Shown: positions 10,516-21,033 of the stretch, in pieces | Layout of the letters: each line of letters starts with the position of its first letter | How positions within the stretch are numbered: the first letter of the stretch is position 1 | Source: an uncultured Methanobacteriaceae archaeon | GTDB taxonomy: Archaea > Methanobacteriota > Methanobacteria > Methanobacteriales > Methanobacteriaceae | Assembly: GCA_963825335.1 (NCBI GenBank) | Contig: CAWGSP010000001.1 | Location: forward strand, 282,292-346,291 | Direction: 5' to 3' | Length of the DNA stretch: 64,000 bases | Notes under the pieces: generated by a model | What the model was told of the DNA's origin: nothing | The model's database searches: none | The model's input: only the letters and a program-made list of their open reading frames with translations | Translations under genes and position numbers: made by a program

Positions 10516-11238
10516 TCAAACAATTCTCACGTCTTTCATGACATAACTATCCCGGTCATCGTTAATTTTGATTATATTTTTTGGAGTTGTTGAAATGGCG
10601 TTGAATGTTTCGTCAAAGCTCATTCCTAAACATTTGACAAGTGCAAAAATATCTTTCGGACTTTTGAGATCGTATCTGCTTGTGGCACAACTCGTTATTA
10701 TTAGTGGAAAGTTAAATTTCCTATGAAGTTGTAGTATATGTCTAAACTGACTTATAACCCTATATTTATGTCTTGAATTTGTTTTTAATAAGTATTTGAG
10801 ATTTAATTCTATAGCAACGTCATTTTCTGATGCTTTTTTAGCAAGAATATGATTTATTCCAGTGTCTCTTCTAGAACTGTAGGGTTGTGATAGCACGTCT
10901 ATGCGCCGATCCTCACATGCAGCCCTATTAATTTTGAGATCTCCACCCTGGACAATTATTATATCGGTATTTTTTCTTGACCTTTGGACCTTTTTTCTCA
11001 GGTCTTCTGAGTTTTTGCAGGTAATTTCAACGCCTTTCTTTAGATTAATGTTGTGAGACGAATTTAAATCATCAAACAGCCTTAGAAATTCCGAATTATA
11101 TTCTTCTAAACAGCGAGTGACAACGAGATCAGTATATCCAAGTCTTTTTGCTTCTTCAATAAGAGTTTCATTTCCTTCAAAATGCAGATCAACAAATGTA
11201 CCATTTGATAATCTTTTACTCGAATAACTTCCTTGCAA
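10516..11238 (-). CDS. rnp3: RNase P protein component 3 (Rpp30)
   Basis: Has FVDLHF near the N-terminus and a TIM-barrel-sized ORF. The start is a TTG at 11238. The operon context fits. Confidence 0.8.
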   Translation of the reverse strand: MQGSYSSKRLSNGTFVDLHFEGNETLIEEAKRLGYTDLVVTRCLEEYNSEFLRLFDDLNSSHNINLKKGVEITCKNSEDLRKKVQRSRKNTDIIIVQGGDLKINRAACEDRRIDVLSQPYSSRRDTGINHILAKKASENDVAIELNLKYLLKTNSRHKYRVISQFRHILQLHRKFNFPLIITSCATSRYDLKSPKDIFALVKCLGMSFDETFNAISTTPKNIIKINDDRDSYVMKDVRIV

Positions 11239-11635
11239 TTTCTAGTGCCACCTTTTTCTTCGCTGGATATGCTGCTATTTTAATTTTCAAATGGATAGAA
11301 TCGCCGTGATCTACTATTTTCAGATCACCTAAATAGGCTCTCTGTTTATCAAATCTTAAAAATAAATTTCCAGAATCGTCCATTTTATTTTCCAACTGAT
11401 GTAAAGCTTTTTTTTTAGCAGGATCTTTCAGTGTGGAAATTTTTTTAACAAAATCCTTGATTTCATTTTTTTCATCGATTTTGTTGCTTAAAATCAGAAC
11501 AGGATTATTGTAATAGCCCTCAGTAGATTCACATTGAGGTGAAGAATTTGGAAAAAGTGTTTTAATTGATTGTAACACTTTTTCCTTATTTTCAGTTCCA
11601 TAAACAAATGCTCTGTATGAAATGTTATGGATCAA
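11216..11635 (-). CDS. conserved archaeal RNA-binding protein (COG1931-like)
   Basis: 139-aa ORF with a TTG start 2 nt after the L15e stop. It sits between L15e and Rpp30, as in the described archaeal superoperon. Confidence 0.6.
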   Translation of the reverse strand: MIHNISYRAFVYGTENKEKVLQSIKTLFPNSSPQCESTEGYYNNPVLILSNKIDEKNEIKDFVKKISTLKDPAKKKALHQLENKMDDSGNLFLRFDKQRAYLGDLKIVDHGDSIHLKIKIAAYPAKKKVALEIARKLFE

Positions 11636-11637
11636 TC

Positions 11638-12183
11638 TTATCTTACCTTCTCTGCCCCTTTACCTTTGCCACGTAGGCCCCTATTTTTCCGACCTTCACT
11701 GGTGAGACCTCGGAACACTCTGTTTGTATGCTGTTTCTCACAGATCCAGTTGATCTTAGGATCATTTTTAATTGAAGGATGATTAGGGTCTACAAGAATT
11801 ACTTCGTAGAATTTGAATTTTCCATCTTCCCATAGCCAGTATGAGTTTAAAATCTCGAGATTTGGGAATTTTCGAGCTACTCTTTCCTCTGCTATTCTCT
11901 GGATAGATTTTTTCATGGTGATCTTTTTGACACCCATTCTTTTTGGTTTTCGACCTGCTGTAAATCTAGATTTACGCAGTCCACCCCTACGAACACGGGT
12001 TCTCACAACTACATAGCCTTGTTTGGCTTTGTAACCTAGTGATCTTGCCCTGTCGATCCTGGTTGGTCGTTCAACTCTTACTATAACATTTTCTCTTCTC
12101 CATACTGGAGCTCTCTTCTGCATGAGTTCCTTAACATATGATTTAGAAGGATTTTTCCATGCATCTCTTATATATTTATACAT
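11638..12183 (-). CDS. rpl15e: 50S ribosomal protein L15e
   Basis: [15 protein letters not shown]-terminus. I use the internal ATG at 12183. The 29 codons upstream in the ORF track are not L15e-like. Confidence 0.93.
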   Translation of the reverse strand: MYKYIRDAWKNPSKSYVKELMQKRAPVWRRENVIVRVERPTRIDRARSLGYKAKQGYVVVRTRVRRGGLRKSRFTAGRKPKRMGVKKITMKKSIQRIAEERVARKFPNLEILNSYWLWEDGKFKFYEVILVDPNHPSIKNDPKINWICEKQHTNRVFRGLTSEGRKNRGLRGKGKGAEKVR

Positions 12184-12417
12184 TAAAACACCTCTTTTGT
12201 TCAGCTTGCGCCACATCCATGGGATTGTCTCCCAAAAAAAGTTGTATATAACTTCAATGTAAGCAATCAAGTTTTATTTAATAGATTTTAATCACCAAAT
12301 TGGCGGTAATAAGTGTTGATCAACTTCCTTTAAAAAGCTTGCTATCACGATGTTGATTTTTCATCGTATTTTTTTTATTTGACAAACGATCTCAAAAAAA
12401 TAGAATGATTTAAAGAA

Positions 12418-12738
12418 TTACTCTTTAATGTTGTACAATGCATTCATAGCTTTGGTAAATGCTGGCTTACCTGCTAACAGAAGCACAACTCTCAAAACAT
12501 CCACTACTTCATCTTTGGTTATATCAAGTTCTTTCATACCGCTTAATATCTGTTTCCTAACAGCCCGGTCATCTGATGCAGCTGCAGCAATTCCTATGGC
12601 TACCAGTTTCTGAGTTTTGTAATCCAACTCTTTTCCTGTGTAGCATACATTGTTAAGCTCAATACTTGCCTTGTAAATATCTGGGTAGTCTTCTTTGACA
12701 TGTTTCATTCCCTTGCTGAAAAATACTTCTTCTTTCAT
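12418..12738 (-). CDS. carboxymuconolactone decarboxylase (AhpD-like) family protein
   Basis: About 106 aa. It has the KTQKLVAIGIAAA helix pattern typical of CMD-domain proteins. A T7 run follows the stop on the minus strand. Confidence 0.65.
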   Translation of the reverse strand: MKEEVFFSKGMKHVKEDYPDIYKASIELNNVCYTGKELDYKTQKLVAIGIAAAASDDRAVRKQILSGMKELDITKDEVVDVLRVVLLLAGKPAFTKAMNALYNIKE

Positions 12739-12822
12739 ATTACCACCTCAAATGTTTTATCCTAATTATATTATCTACTCCCACCTATATAAACTTAACA
12801 AGCTAAATGAATAATAAGGAGA

Positions 12823-13350
<528 letters not shown>

Positions 13351-13477
13351 TTAAGTTACAGTACCAACATGTATTAATTATTTTTGAAAGTCAATGGATG
13401 TTTTGGGTAGTTCGAAGTGATAAAAAAAAATAATTTTTAAAAAAAAAATAAATATCGAATGTTTTTTTTATAAAAAT

Positions 13478-14440
13478 TTACAGTCCGAAGGATTTCTTGA
13501 GTAATTCAACATTAACATACCCTTCACGGTACATTTTTCCAGTTCTCAAGTCGTTTATAACCACTTCAGCCGGTGCAAACATTCCCTTATCTATTTTATA
13601 GAAGTCAAATTCAGCTTCTTTAAATACATCGTAGAATGGCTTACCATATCCTTCAGATGAAGAGGATGGTAATTTCTTTGCAATTGATTCAATATCGTCT
13701 CCTTCCTCTGATTGTATATAGTAATAGGTCCTACCACCAAATAATACAGCATCATTAGTTTTTCCCATTGCTTTAAGCCCGTCTGGGTCAATAGGTGCTA
13801 TTGGTGCTATTCCGGCAGCATGTTTAACTTTGTTAACATCAAATTTTAAAAATTCAAGCATTTTGTATGTCCCGTTTTCAACAACCCTTCCAGCTATTTG
13901 TATCGAACCAACGAGTGATGATGTCGGTGCTACTAACAGGTAAACATCTGCTGGTGATACTCCACAATCGGATGCTATGGAGTCAGCAACATCTTCACGG
14001 GGTAACTTATCTGCCTCGAGTGTTAATATGGCCACATCTGCATCATCTTTATATCCTATTTCTTCATAGGTTTCTGCTGGTTTCAAAGCCAAAGCTCTGG
14101 CAGGTCCTGAACCCAGAGCGAAAAAGTCTCCTACACTAACTGACCATCCTGCTTTTTGGGCTCCAAGGGTTGATATTGCAGGGAAATCAGTTTTTATTTT
14201 AACAGAAGGTATAGCAAAGTTTTCTGAAAGGTCACCAGGTATGGATATTCCAACTTCTGCCAGTCCACCGAGACATATTTTGGTGTAGAGTTCTCCAGCT
14301 TTAAAACTACCAGAAACATTCACTCCACAGTCTATGACTGTTGAACCATTTTTTAATTTTGTGACTGCAATGTTTAATTCATCTGCATTTTCAACCATCT
14401 GATCTAATGTTTTTTTTGCTTCGAGATTGACACTTATCAT
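13478..14440 (-). CDS. mch: methenyltetrahydromethanopterin cyclohydrolase
   Basis: Full-length 320-aa Mch-like sequence (ISVNLEAKK..., GAQKAGW, GGRTYYY). Confidence 0.93.
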   Translation of the reverse strand: MISVNLEAKKTLDQMVENADELNIAVTKLKNGSTVIDCGVNVSGSFKAGELYTKICLGGLAEVGISIPGDLSENFAIPSVKIKTDFPAISTLGAQKAGWSVSVGDFFALGSGPARALALKPAETYEEIGYKDDADVAILTLEADKLPREDVADSIASDCGVSPADVYLLVAPTSSLVGSIQIAGRVVENGTYKMLEFLKFDVNKVKHAAGIAPIAPIDPDGLKAMGKTNDAVLFGGRTYYYIQSEEGDDIESIAKKLPSSSSEGYGKPFYDVFKEAEFDFYKIDKGMFAPAEVVINDLRTGKMYREGYVNVELLKKSFGL

Positions 14441-14639
14441 TATTTCACCTGTGTTTTTTAATCAGTAATAATAATCATATAACAATTTAATACTAACTGA
14501 ATCGGTTTCTAAACAGTTATGAAATTTTACTTCATTTTAGCCTTGCATCTGGTTTAACTTTTTTTATATATTAACTGTACAACAATGGTTGGTTAAAAAC
14601 TTAGTTATTACATTCATTTCGATGAATATTTAAATTTGA

Positions 14640-15257
14640 TCAAACTTTTTCTGCTTCTTTGAAGTTTACCTCATAAATATGGGCACTTATCGAATGGATG
14701 GTTAAACTGCCCATTTCAACCCCAACTTCTCCTGCAACGTACTTGGAAAGATGACTTAACCCTACAGCATTGGGAAACCATGCACCGTATATATCGTGTG
14801 ACCTCCAGAGTCCTGTTGTGTTGAGTTTCCCGTCCCTAATTTTAAAGTCCACAAGCATCATACAAGGTACTTCATCATTTTTTGTATCAACTGTTGGATC
14901 CCATGTTATAGATATGGCACGTCTCGATTCCTTAAAATTGTTGAGTCTATTTATGGCTTCCTTTATCTGATCTGTACCATCGAAGTGTGCCCTTAGCCGA
15001 TTCCCATAAGTGTAGATAAATCCTTGTTTATCACTGCTTAAAAATTGTTCAGAGTATTTATCTAATTTCTCGCCGGTCCAGAAGTAACCTTCGGGTGCTT
15101 CTGTATCCAAAGGATTTTGTACGTTTAATACAGCGTTTAATATTTCCTTAGTTACAGAGCCTCTTTCATCTTTTATTTCAACACCGTCTTTCATTATCCG
15201 TTTAACTAGTGTTTCCCATCCTTTCTTAATTGTTGGAACCCTAATCAATGTAGCCAT
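14640..15257 (-). CDS. thyA: archaeal (methanogen-type) thymidylate synthase
   Basis: About 205 aa ThyA-like (WDP..D....PC, RSHD). It overlaps the metE stop by 13 nt. Confidence 0.8.
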   Translation of the reverse strand: MATLIRVPTIKKGWETLVKRIMKDGVEIKDERGSVTKEILNAVLNVQNPLDTEAPEGYFWTGEKLDKYSEQFLSSDKQGFIYTYGNRLRAHFDGTDQIKEAINRLNNFKESRRAISITWDPTVDTKNDEVPCMMLVDFKIRDGKLNTTGLWRSHDIYGAWFPNAVGLSHLSKYVAGEVGVEMGSLTIHSISAHIYEVNFKEAEKV

Positions 15258-16234
15258 TCAACAGCCTCCGTCATTCTTCTAAGTTTTTGTAATGCAACAT
15301 CCCTTGTAAGCATTCGCATGCCGCAATCAGGATCTAATATGATGTTCTCTTCACCCACAATATCAATACCCTTTTTTATGATCCCAGTTACTTGTTCGAG
15401 TGGTTCTATTTTTTGATCTTTGGTATCGATGCACCCTAAGCCTATCTTCTTAGATCCGTCAAATAACTGTTCTAGTATATTGATATTAGAGGACATACCT
15501 GCAAATTCACAGTCGATTATTTGTACAGGAAACTTCAGAAGTTTGTTAAATATTTCACCAATGTCACCACAGACATGGATCGAAACTGGAACAGTCAAAT
15601 CTTGGGTCACAATTTTCAGGGCTTTTTTCGCGATGTCAACATCACAGAGTCCTGTGGATAAAAATGGTTCATCTATCTGGATCATGGCTGCACCCGCATC
15701 CTGGAGTCCGATCGCTTCTTTTTTCAATGCTGCAGCCATATCTAAAATAATTTGAGCCTTGTTATTTCTGTTGTAAAAACCTTCTATCCTGCATGATGAA
15801 ACAAGTGTTGTGGGACCTGTAATTATTCCTTTGATCCCTTTGAAATGTTCATTGAATGATTTATCCTTAAATAACTTTTTATTATCGGCCGATTCGGAGT
15901 TAAATATTTTTGAAATGTTTTTAGCTGTTTTTAATGCAAATTTGATATCATTAACACCCATGAAGTCGTGCGCAGGTTGTATTTTATTGACAATTTTTGG
16001 GGTGTTCCCTTCTACTACCATACCCGGTATGGTCCTTGCAAAACCTTCGATCATGTCTCCCCTAACCTGTCCATCAGATATGATATCTACACCAGATTCG
16101 ACTTGGTCCCTGACTGCAAGTTCTATAGCCGATAGAAATGGATCATGGATCCCCAAAATATCTGCAATTTTTGAACCAATCGTGTGTGGATCTCTTGTAA
16201 TTACCGGATAGCTACCTACAACTGTTGTTAACAT
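15245..16234 (-). CDS. metE: short archaeal MetE-type methionine synthase (methylcobalamin:homocysteine methyltransferase type)
   Basis: TTVVGSYP N-terminus and zinc-ligand regions (IHVCG, DPDCGM) of the MetE C-terminal-domain family. Confidence 0.85.
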   Translation of the reverse strand: MLTTVVGSYPVITRDPHTIGSKIADILGIHDPFLSAIELAVRDQVESGVDIISDGQVRGDMIEGFARTIPGMVVEGNTPKIVNKIQPAHDFMGVNDIKFALKTAKNISKIFNSESADNKKLFKDKSFNEHFKGIKGIITGPTTLVSSCRIEGFYNRNNKAQIILDMAAALKKEAIGLQDAGAAMIQIDEPFLSTGLCDVDIAKKALKIVTQDLTVPVSIHVCGDIGEIFNKLLKFPVQIIDCEFAGMSSNINILEQLFDGSKKIGLGCIDTKDQKIEPLEQVTGIIKKGIDIVGEENIILDPDCGMRMLTRDVALQKLRRMTEAVEWLH

Positions 16235-16280
16235 TGTTTATCCTGTTTCGTTGATGGGGTGAATATATACCGTCAAAAAC

Positions 16281-16586
16281 CTATTTTATTGCAATAGCCT
16301 TAATCTGGTCTATCTCTTTCTTTTCAATTGGTAATTCAACAACAGCAGTCCCATGGCACGGTTTTGTATATGGCAAGGTTATCTTAGATTCTGATTCGTT
16401 GATACCTATTGGAATTGGCGGTATTCCAATAATTCTGGCACCAAGCACCTTGGCACCTGCATCTACATATACCCGTTTAGGTGAATGTTTTTCTATGATT
16501 GCTCGGGCTTCCTTGAATCCCGTATTTTTGATCAATATTTCGTAATTATCAGATTGTTGTAGATATGATTCTAAACAAAACGCCAT
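16281..16586 (-). CDS. conserved methanogen hypothetical protein
   Basis: The ATG at 16586 lies 2 nt after the upstream stop and follows GGGGGA. I recognise no catalytic motif. Confidence 0.55.
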   Translation of the reverse strand: MAFCLESYLQQSDNYEILIKNTGFKEARAIIEKHSPKRVYVDAGAKVLGARIIGIPPIPIGINESESKITLPYTKPCHGTAVVELPIEKKEIDQIKAIAIK

Positions 16587-16587
16587 A

Positions 16588-17049
16588 TTATTCCCCCAAC
16601 TCTTTGATTGCCCTATCAATTTTAACCTTTAACGGTGTTGGATTGTGATAAGCCTTAGCAGATATTATCTGAGATTCTGTATTTTCTTTTACATCGTTCA
16701 CAAACTTCTCGAGTAGGTCAACATCCTTTTCGAAGACTAATGCAATAGATTTAACATTCAATATATGATAAAATGTTACAAAATATGACACTGCAGCGTC
16801 TTTATGCACGAATCCTAGGAGGAGATCGTATTCGTTTTTTTCTAGATTTTCGAGACACGATTCAATATCTATTTTTTTATCAACATAATATTCCTCAACA
16901 TCAGAGACCTCTAACAATTTCTTTGCAGCGGGTGTACTTGCAACAGTTACATCATACCCTGCATTTTTCAGCTTATATGTTGTGTACACAGCTAAAGGCG
17001 TCTGTGAAGGTGCTTCCGGACATCCTAAAAGTATTAAAGCTTTTTTCAT
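16588..17049 (-). CDS. conserved methanogen hypothetical protein with a flavodoxin/Rossmann-like N-terminus
   Basis: The ATG at 17049 is preceded by GGAGGA. MKKALILLGCPE...VTVASTP suggests a beta-alpha-beta start. Confidence 0.55.
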   Translation of the reverse strand: MKKALILLGCPEAPSQTPLAVYTTYKLKNAGYDVTVASTPAAKKLLEVSDVEEYYVDKKIDIESCLENLEKNEYDLLLGFVHKDAAVSYFVTFYHILNVKSIALVFEKDVDLLEKFVNDVKENTESQIISAKAYHNPTPLKVKIDRAIKELGE

Positions 17050-17251
17050 AAAATATTCCTCCAATTTAGTATAATTCAATACTAAAACAAATTATCGTAC
17101 GTTTGAGTACAGTTATTAAAGGGATTATTTATTTGATGAGATTAATTATCTTTAGGTTATTAGATAATATTAATTGATCAGCTAATACATTTCAATATAA
17201 TATTAAAATTTTCTATCCCTTACTAATCAATTTATTATAATTATTAATAAC

Positions 17252-17746
17252 TTAAATTAGTTTATAAAACAGGATTTTATCATGACCCGGACCATTGTAA
17301 TCTTTATATACATCTATGTCCCCGATTTTAACTGTTTTATCCGATTTGTGTGATATAAATCCGAGTTTATTGTAAAATTGGATGGCAACTTCATTTTGAG
17401 GTTTGGTGATTAAAGAAACTTTTTTGCATCCTCGTATCGAAACAGCACTGCAAAATTCGGTAAAGAGTTTTTTTGCCAGACCATTACCCCTAAATTGTGG
17501 ATCTACACAGAGTAGATGAATGTAACATTCGCAGGGTAGATCTTGTGAAATAAATCCCAACAAAAAACCTATTATTTTATCATCTTTTTCATTGATAACC
17601 ACTAGAGAAGTATTTTTAAAATGTTTGGTGAATATATGGTATATTGAATCCCTTTCTATCGCCATTGGACTGCATTTCCTTGCAATTTGGGATATTTGGA
17701 TGAAATCTTCCTCTACAACATTTCTTATTTCAAAATGGACCATCAT
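17252..17746 (-). CDS. GNAT-family N-acetyltransferase
   Basis: Has the QFRGNGLAKKLF acetyl-CoA-binding motif. The start is placed at the ATG after GGGGGG. Confidence 0.8.
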   Translation of the reverse strand: MMVHFEIRNVVEEDFIQISQIARKCSPMAIERDSIYHIFTKHFKNTSLVVINEKDDKIIGFLLGFISQDLPCECYIHLLCVDPQFRGNGLAKKLFTEFCSAVSIRGCKKVSLITKPQNEVAIQFYNKLGFISHKSDKTVKIGDIDVYKDYNGPGHDKILFYKLI

Positions 17747-17821
17747 GTTCCCCCCACAGGATCTGTTAATAATTTGTAAATAGCACAAGTTTAAATATTA
17801 CAACGTCAAAGTTGAATATGC

Positions 17822-17894
<73 letters not shown>

Positions 17895-17987
17895 CTTTTT
17901 AATATCTGTTATTATCGATATAAAATGTCTTTTTATTTATTTTCATATATTACTAAAAAAAATGTAAATCAGGGCTTCTTTTAATTA

Positions 17988-18642
17988 TTATTTATTCATA
18001 AACCCTTCAATAGAGTTTATAATTTCATCAATACCCTGGCCTGTTTTTAAGCTGCTTTTAATGACTGTTACATCGGGATTAAGTTCTTTAACATCTGCAA
18101 CCATTTTATCCTGATCAGCCCCAACAGCCTCAGCAATATCCACCTTGTTAATGACCACTATGTCTGCGTTTTGGAATATTAACGGGTGTTTCTCAACAGT
18201 GTCATCTCCCTCGCTCACACTGATAACAACCATCCGGATATGGGATCCTCAGATCGAAGTCCACAGGACATATCAGGTTTCCCACATTCTCTATGAATAA
18301 AAGATCGATACTGTCTAATGGCAGATCTCCAAATGCATGTTCAACCAGGTGTGCGTCTAAATGACATTCTTTTCCAGTATTAAGTCCCACAACAGGAATG
18401 TTGTATTTTTCAAATCTTCCCGCATCAAATTTGCTTATCACATCACCTGCTATGACTCCTATTTTAAGATCCATTTTCTGTATTAATATTTCAATCATCG
18501 ATGTTTTACCGGAACCTATGGCCCCCAAAACATCAACAGAAAACACATCATCCTTATCGAGTATTTTTTGGTTTCTTTCCGCAAGTCTGCGGTTTGCAAG
18601 CATAATATCATGTTGTACTTCTATATCTGCAACTTTATGCAT
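17988..18642 (-). pseudogene. hypB: hydrogenase nickel-incorporation GTPase HypB; the reading frame is broken by one extra nucleotide near 18249
   Basis: The N-terminal ORF has the P-loop GAIGSGKTS and ENVGNLICPVDFDL. The C-terminal ORF continues ...MVVISVSEGDD...NKVD. The two parts join perfectly if one nt is skipped after GATCTG. Confidence 0.85.
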
Positions 18643-19027
18643 CGTTATCCTCCTCTTCATCTTCTTTCTCTATTTTGATAGTTTTAACATTACATTCCCT
18701 TCCAGCAGTTATTGTAACATCTCTCTCACCGCATTCAGGACATTTAACTATTGTTAAATAATGATCAGAACCATCCATATCCGCCGATCCAGTGTAGTTA
18801 CATAAATTACATTCCATTTCTACTGGTACTTCAACTATGTTGATCTCCGCATCTTCGAGTAGAGTATTTTCAACCAGCACATCTAATAAAAATTTTAACT
18901 GCTCAGGGTTGAGCATTGTGAGTTTTCCAACTTCTATGGTCACTTCAATTACTTCTGTTGCATTATTCTTTTCTGCAACATCTATGACAGTTTTAACCAT
19001 GGCGTCGGCCATTGAAAGTTCGTGCAT
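18635..19027 (-). CDS. hypA: hydrogenase maturation nickel metallochaperone HypA
   Basis: MHELSMA N-terminus and CxxC...CxxC zinc site (CNLC...CPEC). Confidence 0.92.
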   Translation of the reverse strand: MHELSMADAMVKTVIDVAEKNNATEVIEVTIEVGKLTMLNPEQLKFLLDVLVENTLLEDAEINIVEVPVEMECNLCNYTGSADMDGSDHYLTIVKCPECGERDVTITAGRECNVKTIKIEKEDEEEDNDA

Positions 19028-19246
19028 TAAGCCACCTCTATAATGAATATATTTATCAATTTTATTTTATGACCTACTATTATTGGAAGCTTATTAATAA
19101 AGTTAACAAAAAAAATATCTAATACTATACACAACAAAAAAAATCTTGATAAACGACTCAACAGATAAATAGTGGTTGTAATAATTTATGTTTATGACTG
19201 TTAAATGTTACAACAATGATTATGATTATTATAACAAAGTAAAAGG

Positions 19247-20113
19247 GTGGTTTTTTTGATAATAGGTGGATCTGCTTCACAGAAACTCGCTGCTAAAGTT
19301 GCTAGGGAGATGGGAGAAAATTTAACCCCCATCGAAACCAGAAGGTTTCCAGATGGTGAACGTTACATACGGATAAACGACGAAGTTCCTAGTGAGGTTG
19401 TGGTGATACAATCCACGGGATATCCTCAGGACGAGAATCTAATGGAACTATTTCTTTTGCTTAAAAATTTGAAGAGTCTTGGGGTCGAAAAAACACGAGT
19501 CGTGATTCCATATTATGGATATGGTCGACAAGAACGCCGATTTAAAAGTGGTGAAGCTGTTTCTGCAGTTATAATCGCAGAACTGATCGAGGCTGCAGGA
19601 GCATCAGAAATATACTCCATCAACCTTCACGAGAAAAATATTAAAGAATTCTTCAAAATACCTATGCATGAAATATCTGCCATGCCCATAATAGCCGATT
19701 ATATTAAGGGTCATATCGATGATCCAATGATCATAGGACCAGATAAAAGTGCTTTCGGATTTGCAAAGGAAATTTCAGGAATCCTTAATTGTGAATGCGA
19801 CTACCTTGAAAAAATCAGAATATCACCAGAAGTAGTTGAAACAAAACCTAAAAATCTCGATGTGGAAGATAGGGAAGTTGTGATAATCGATGATATCATA
19901 AGCACGGGGGGAACAATAGTCAATGCAGCAAAATTATTACAAGAACTTGGAGCCCGTAAAGTTGTAGTTGGATGTGTTCATCCAGTGTTGGTAGAAGATG
20001 CTCTTTTAAAAATATTTGCAGCCGGAGTGGAAGATGTATTTGCCACAGACACTCTGAGATCAGATGTTAGTAGTATATCTGTTGCTAAATTAATTGCAGG
20101 ATATTTGAAGTAA
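19247..20113 (+). CDS. prs: ribose-phosphate pyrophosphokinase
   Basis: PRPP-binding loop VVIIDDIISTGGT. The start is either GTG at 19247 or TTG at 19256, both after GGGTGG. Confidence 0.92.
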   Translation: MVFLIIGGSASQKLAAKVAREMGENLTPIETRRFPDGERYIRINDEVPSEVVVIQSTGYPQDENLMELFLLLKNLKSLGVEKTRVVIPYYGYGRQERRFKSGEAVSAVIIAELIEAAGASEIYSINLHEKNIKEFFKIPMHEISAMPIIADYIKGHIDDPMIIGPDKSAFGFAKEISGILNCECDYLEKIRISPEVVETKPKNLDVEDREVVIIDDIISTGGTIVNAAKLLQELGARKVVVGCVHPVLVEDALLKIFAAGVEDVFATDTLRSDVSSISVAKLIAGYLK

Positions 20114-20301
20114 TCGGGATAAAAATCTCTTATCATCATGATAGGGTTCTAAATATTAAAATGAGTGAACAAATCTGTTTATTCATAAAATTTTTATTTA
20201 ATCCAAGAGTTGATTATCAGAAGGTACGTTTCCAGATATCAGCAATAAGTATTGATTAATTATCCAAAAAAAATAGGTTTTGTTACATGTTGGGTAATTT
20301 T

Positions 20302-20916
20302 TTAGTTCCTTACCAGGGGGTACTGGCTCAGTTGTCTTGGTCGGTTATTGGCACTGCATATTCCATTGTCTTCTGAAGTTTTGTCGGGTTCATCTGTGAA
20401 TTTTTTAATATCTTCCTTCTGTTCGGATGTAAAATCTCCGAAATAAATTTGATCCCCATCTACTTTGATTATATCGTATTCCACAGGACATATTTCGATT
20501 GAAGGCACCAATATACAACCCTTCGAACTTACATCATGTTCCAGATCAAGCATCCACTCCCCATCAAAGGGACTGGTTTCGTTCAACATATCCACCATCG
20601 AACGTTGATGTGCAGTTACATATCGAGCCCTGTTATGGAAATCTACAGTCGTAGCACCGGGTTGATCTGTAAATTCATCACCAATCACATAATTACCCTT
20701 AGCATGGATGGTGAATAATGGGTTTTTTCCCTCAGCATCCAAAAATGCCTTCAGAAATATGTCCCAATTATCATCCACAAATATCGCTTCCCTTTTAATA
20801 TACATTGAACTTCCATCAGGATTTTCAATGATTTCAATAACTGGACTCTGCCAATTTCCACTCATATCTTCTCGTTTCAACATAATTAACCTCTTAAACC
20901 AATCATTCATCAACAA
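20302..20916 (-). CDS. hypothetical protein
   Basis: 204-aa ORF with normal amino-acid composition. No family recognised. Confidence 0.5.
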   Translation of the reverse strand: MLMNDWFKRLIMLKREDMSGNWQSPVIEIIENPDGSSMYIKREAIFVDDNWDIFLKAFLDAEGKNPLFTIHAKGNYVIGDEFTDQPGATTVDFHNRARYVTAHQRSMVDMLNETSPFDGEWMLDLEHDVSSKGCILVPSIEICPVEYDIIKVDGDQIYFGDFTSEQKEDIKKFTDEPDKTSEDNGICSANNRPRQLSQYPLVRN

Positions 20917-21033
20917 ACAAAAGTAAGAAAAATGTTTAATTTGAATATTCTGTAAATCATGACCTTTCCTTTTTGAAGTTGGATGATGACTGGAATTTAA
21001 TTTAAAAAATTAAAAAAAATTAGGATCTAGATA

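Noticed and set aside
12347-12376. Hairpin ACGATG-N9-CATCGT followed by T8, resembling a bacterial intrinsic terminator on the + strand
   Set aside because: There is no + strand gene upstream for it to terminate. The flanking genes are on the minus strand, and the AhpD-like gene already has its own T7 run. It is probably part of the rpl15e promoter region or a chance structure.
20961-21033. C-box-like GGATGATGA that might indicate a second C/D sRNA
   Set aside because: No CUGA D or D' boxes occur at the proper spacing on either strand, and no terminal stem can form.
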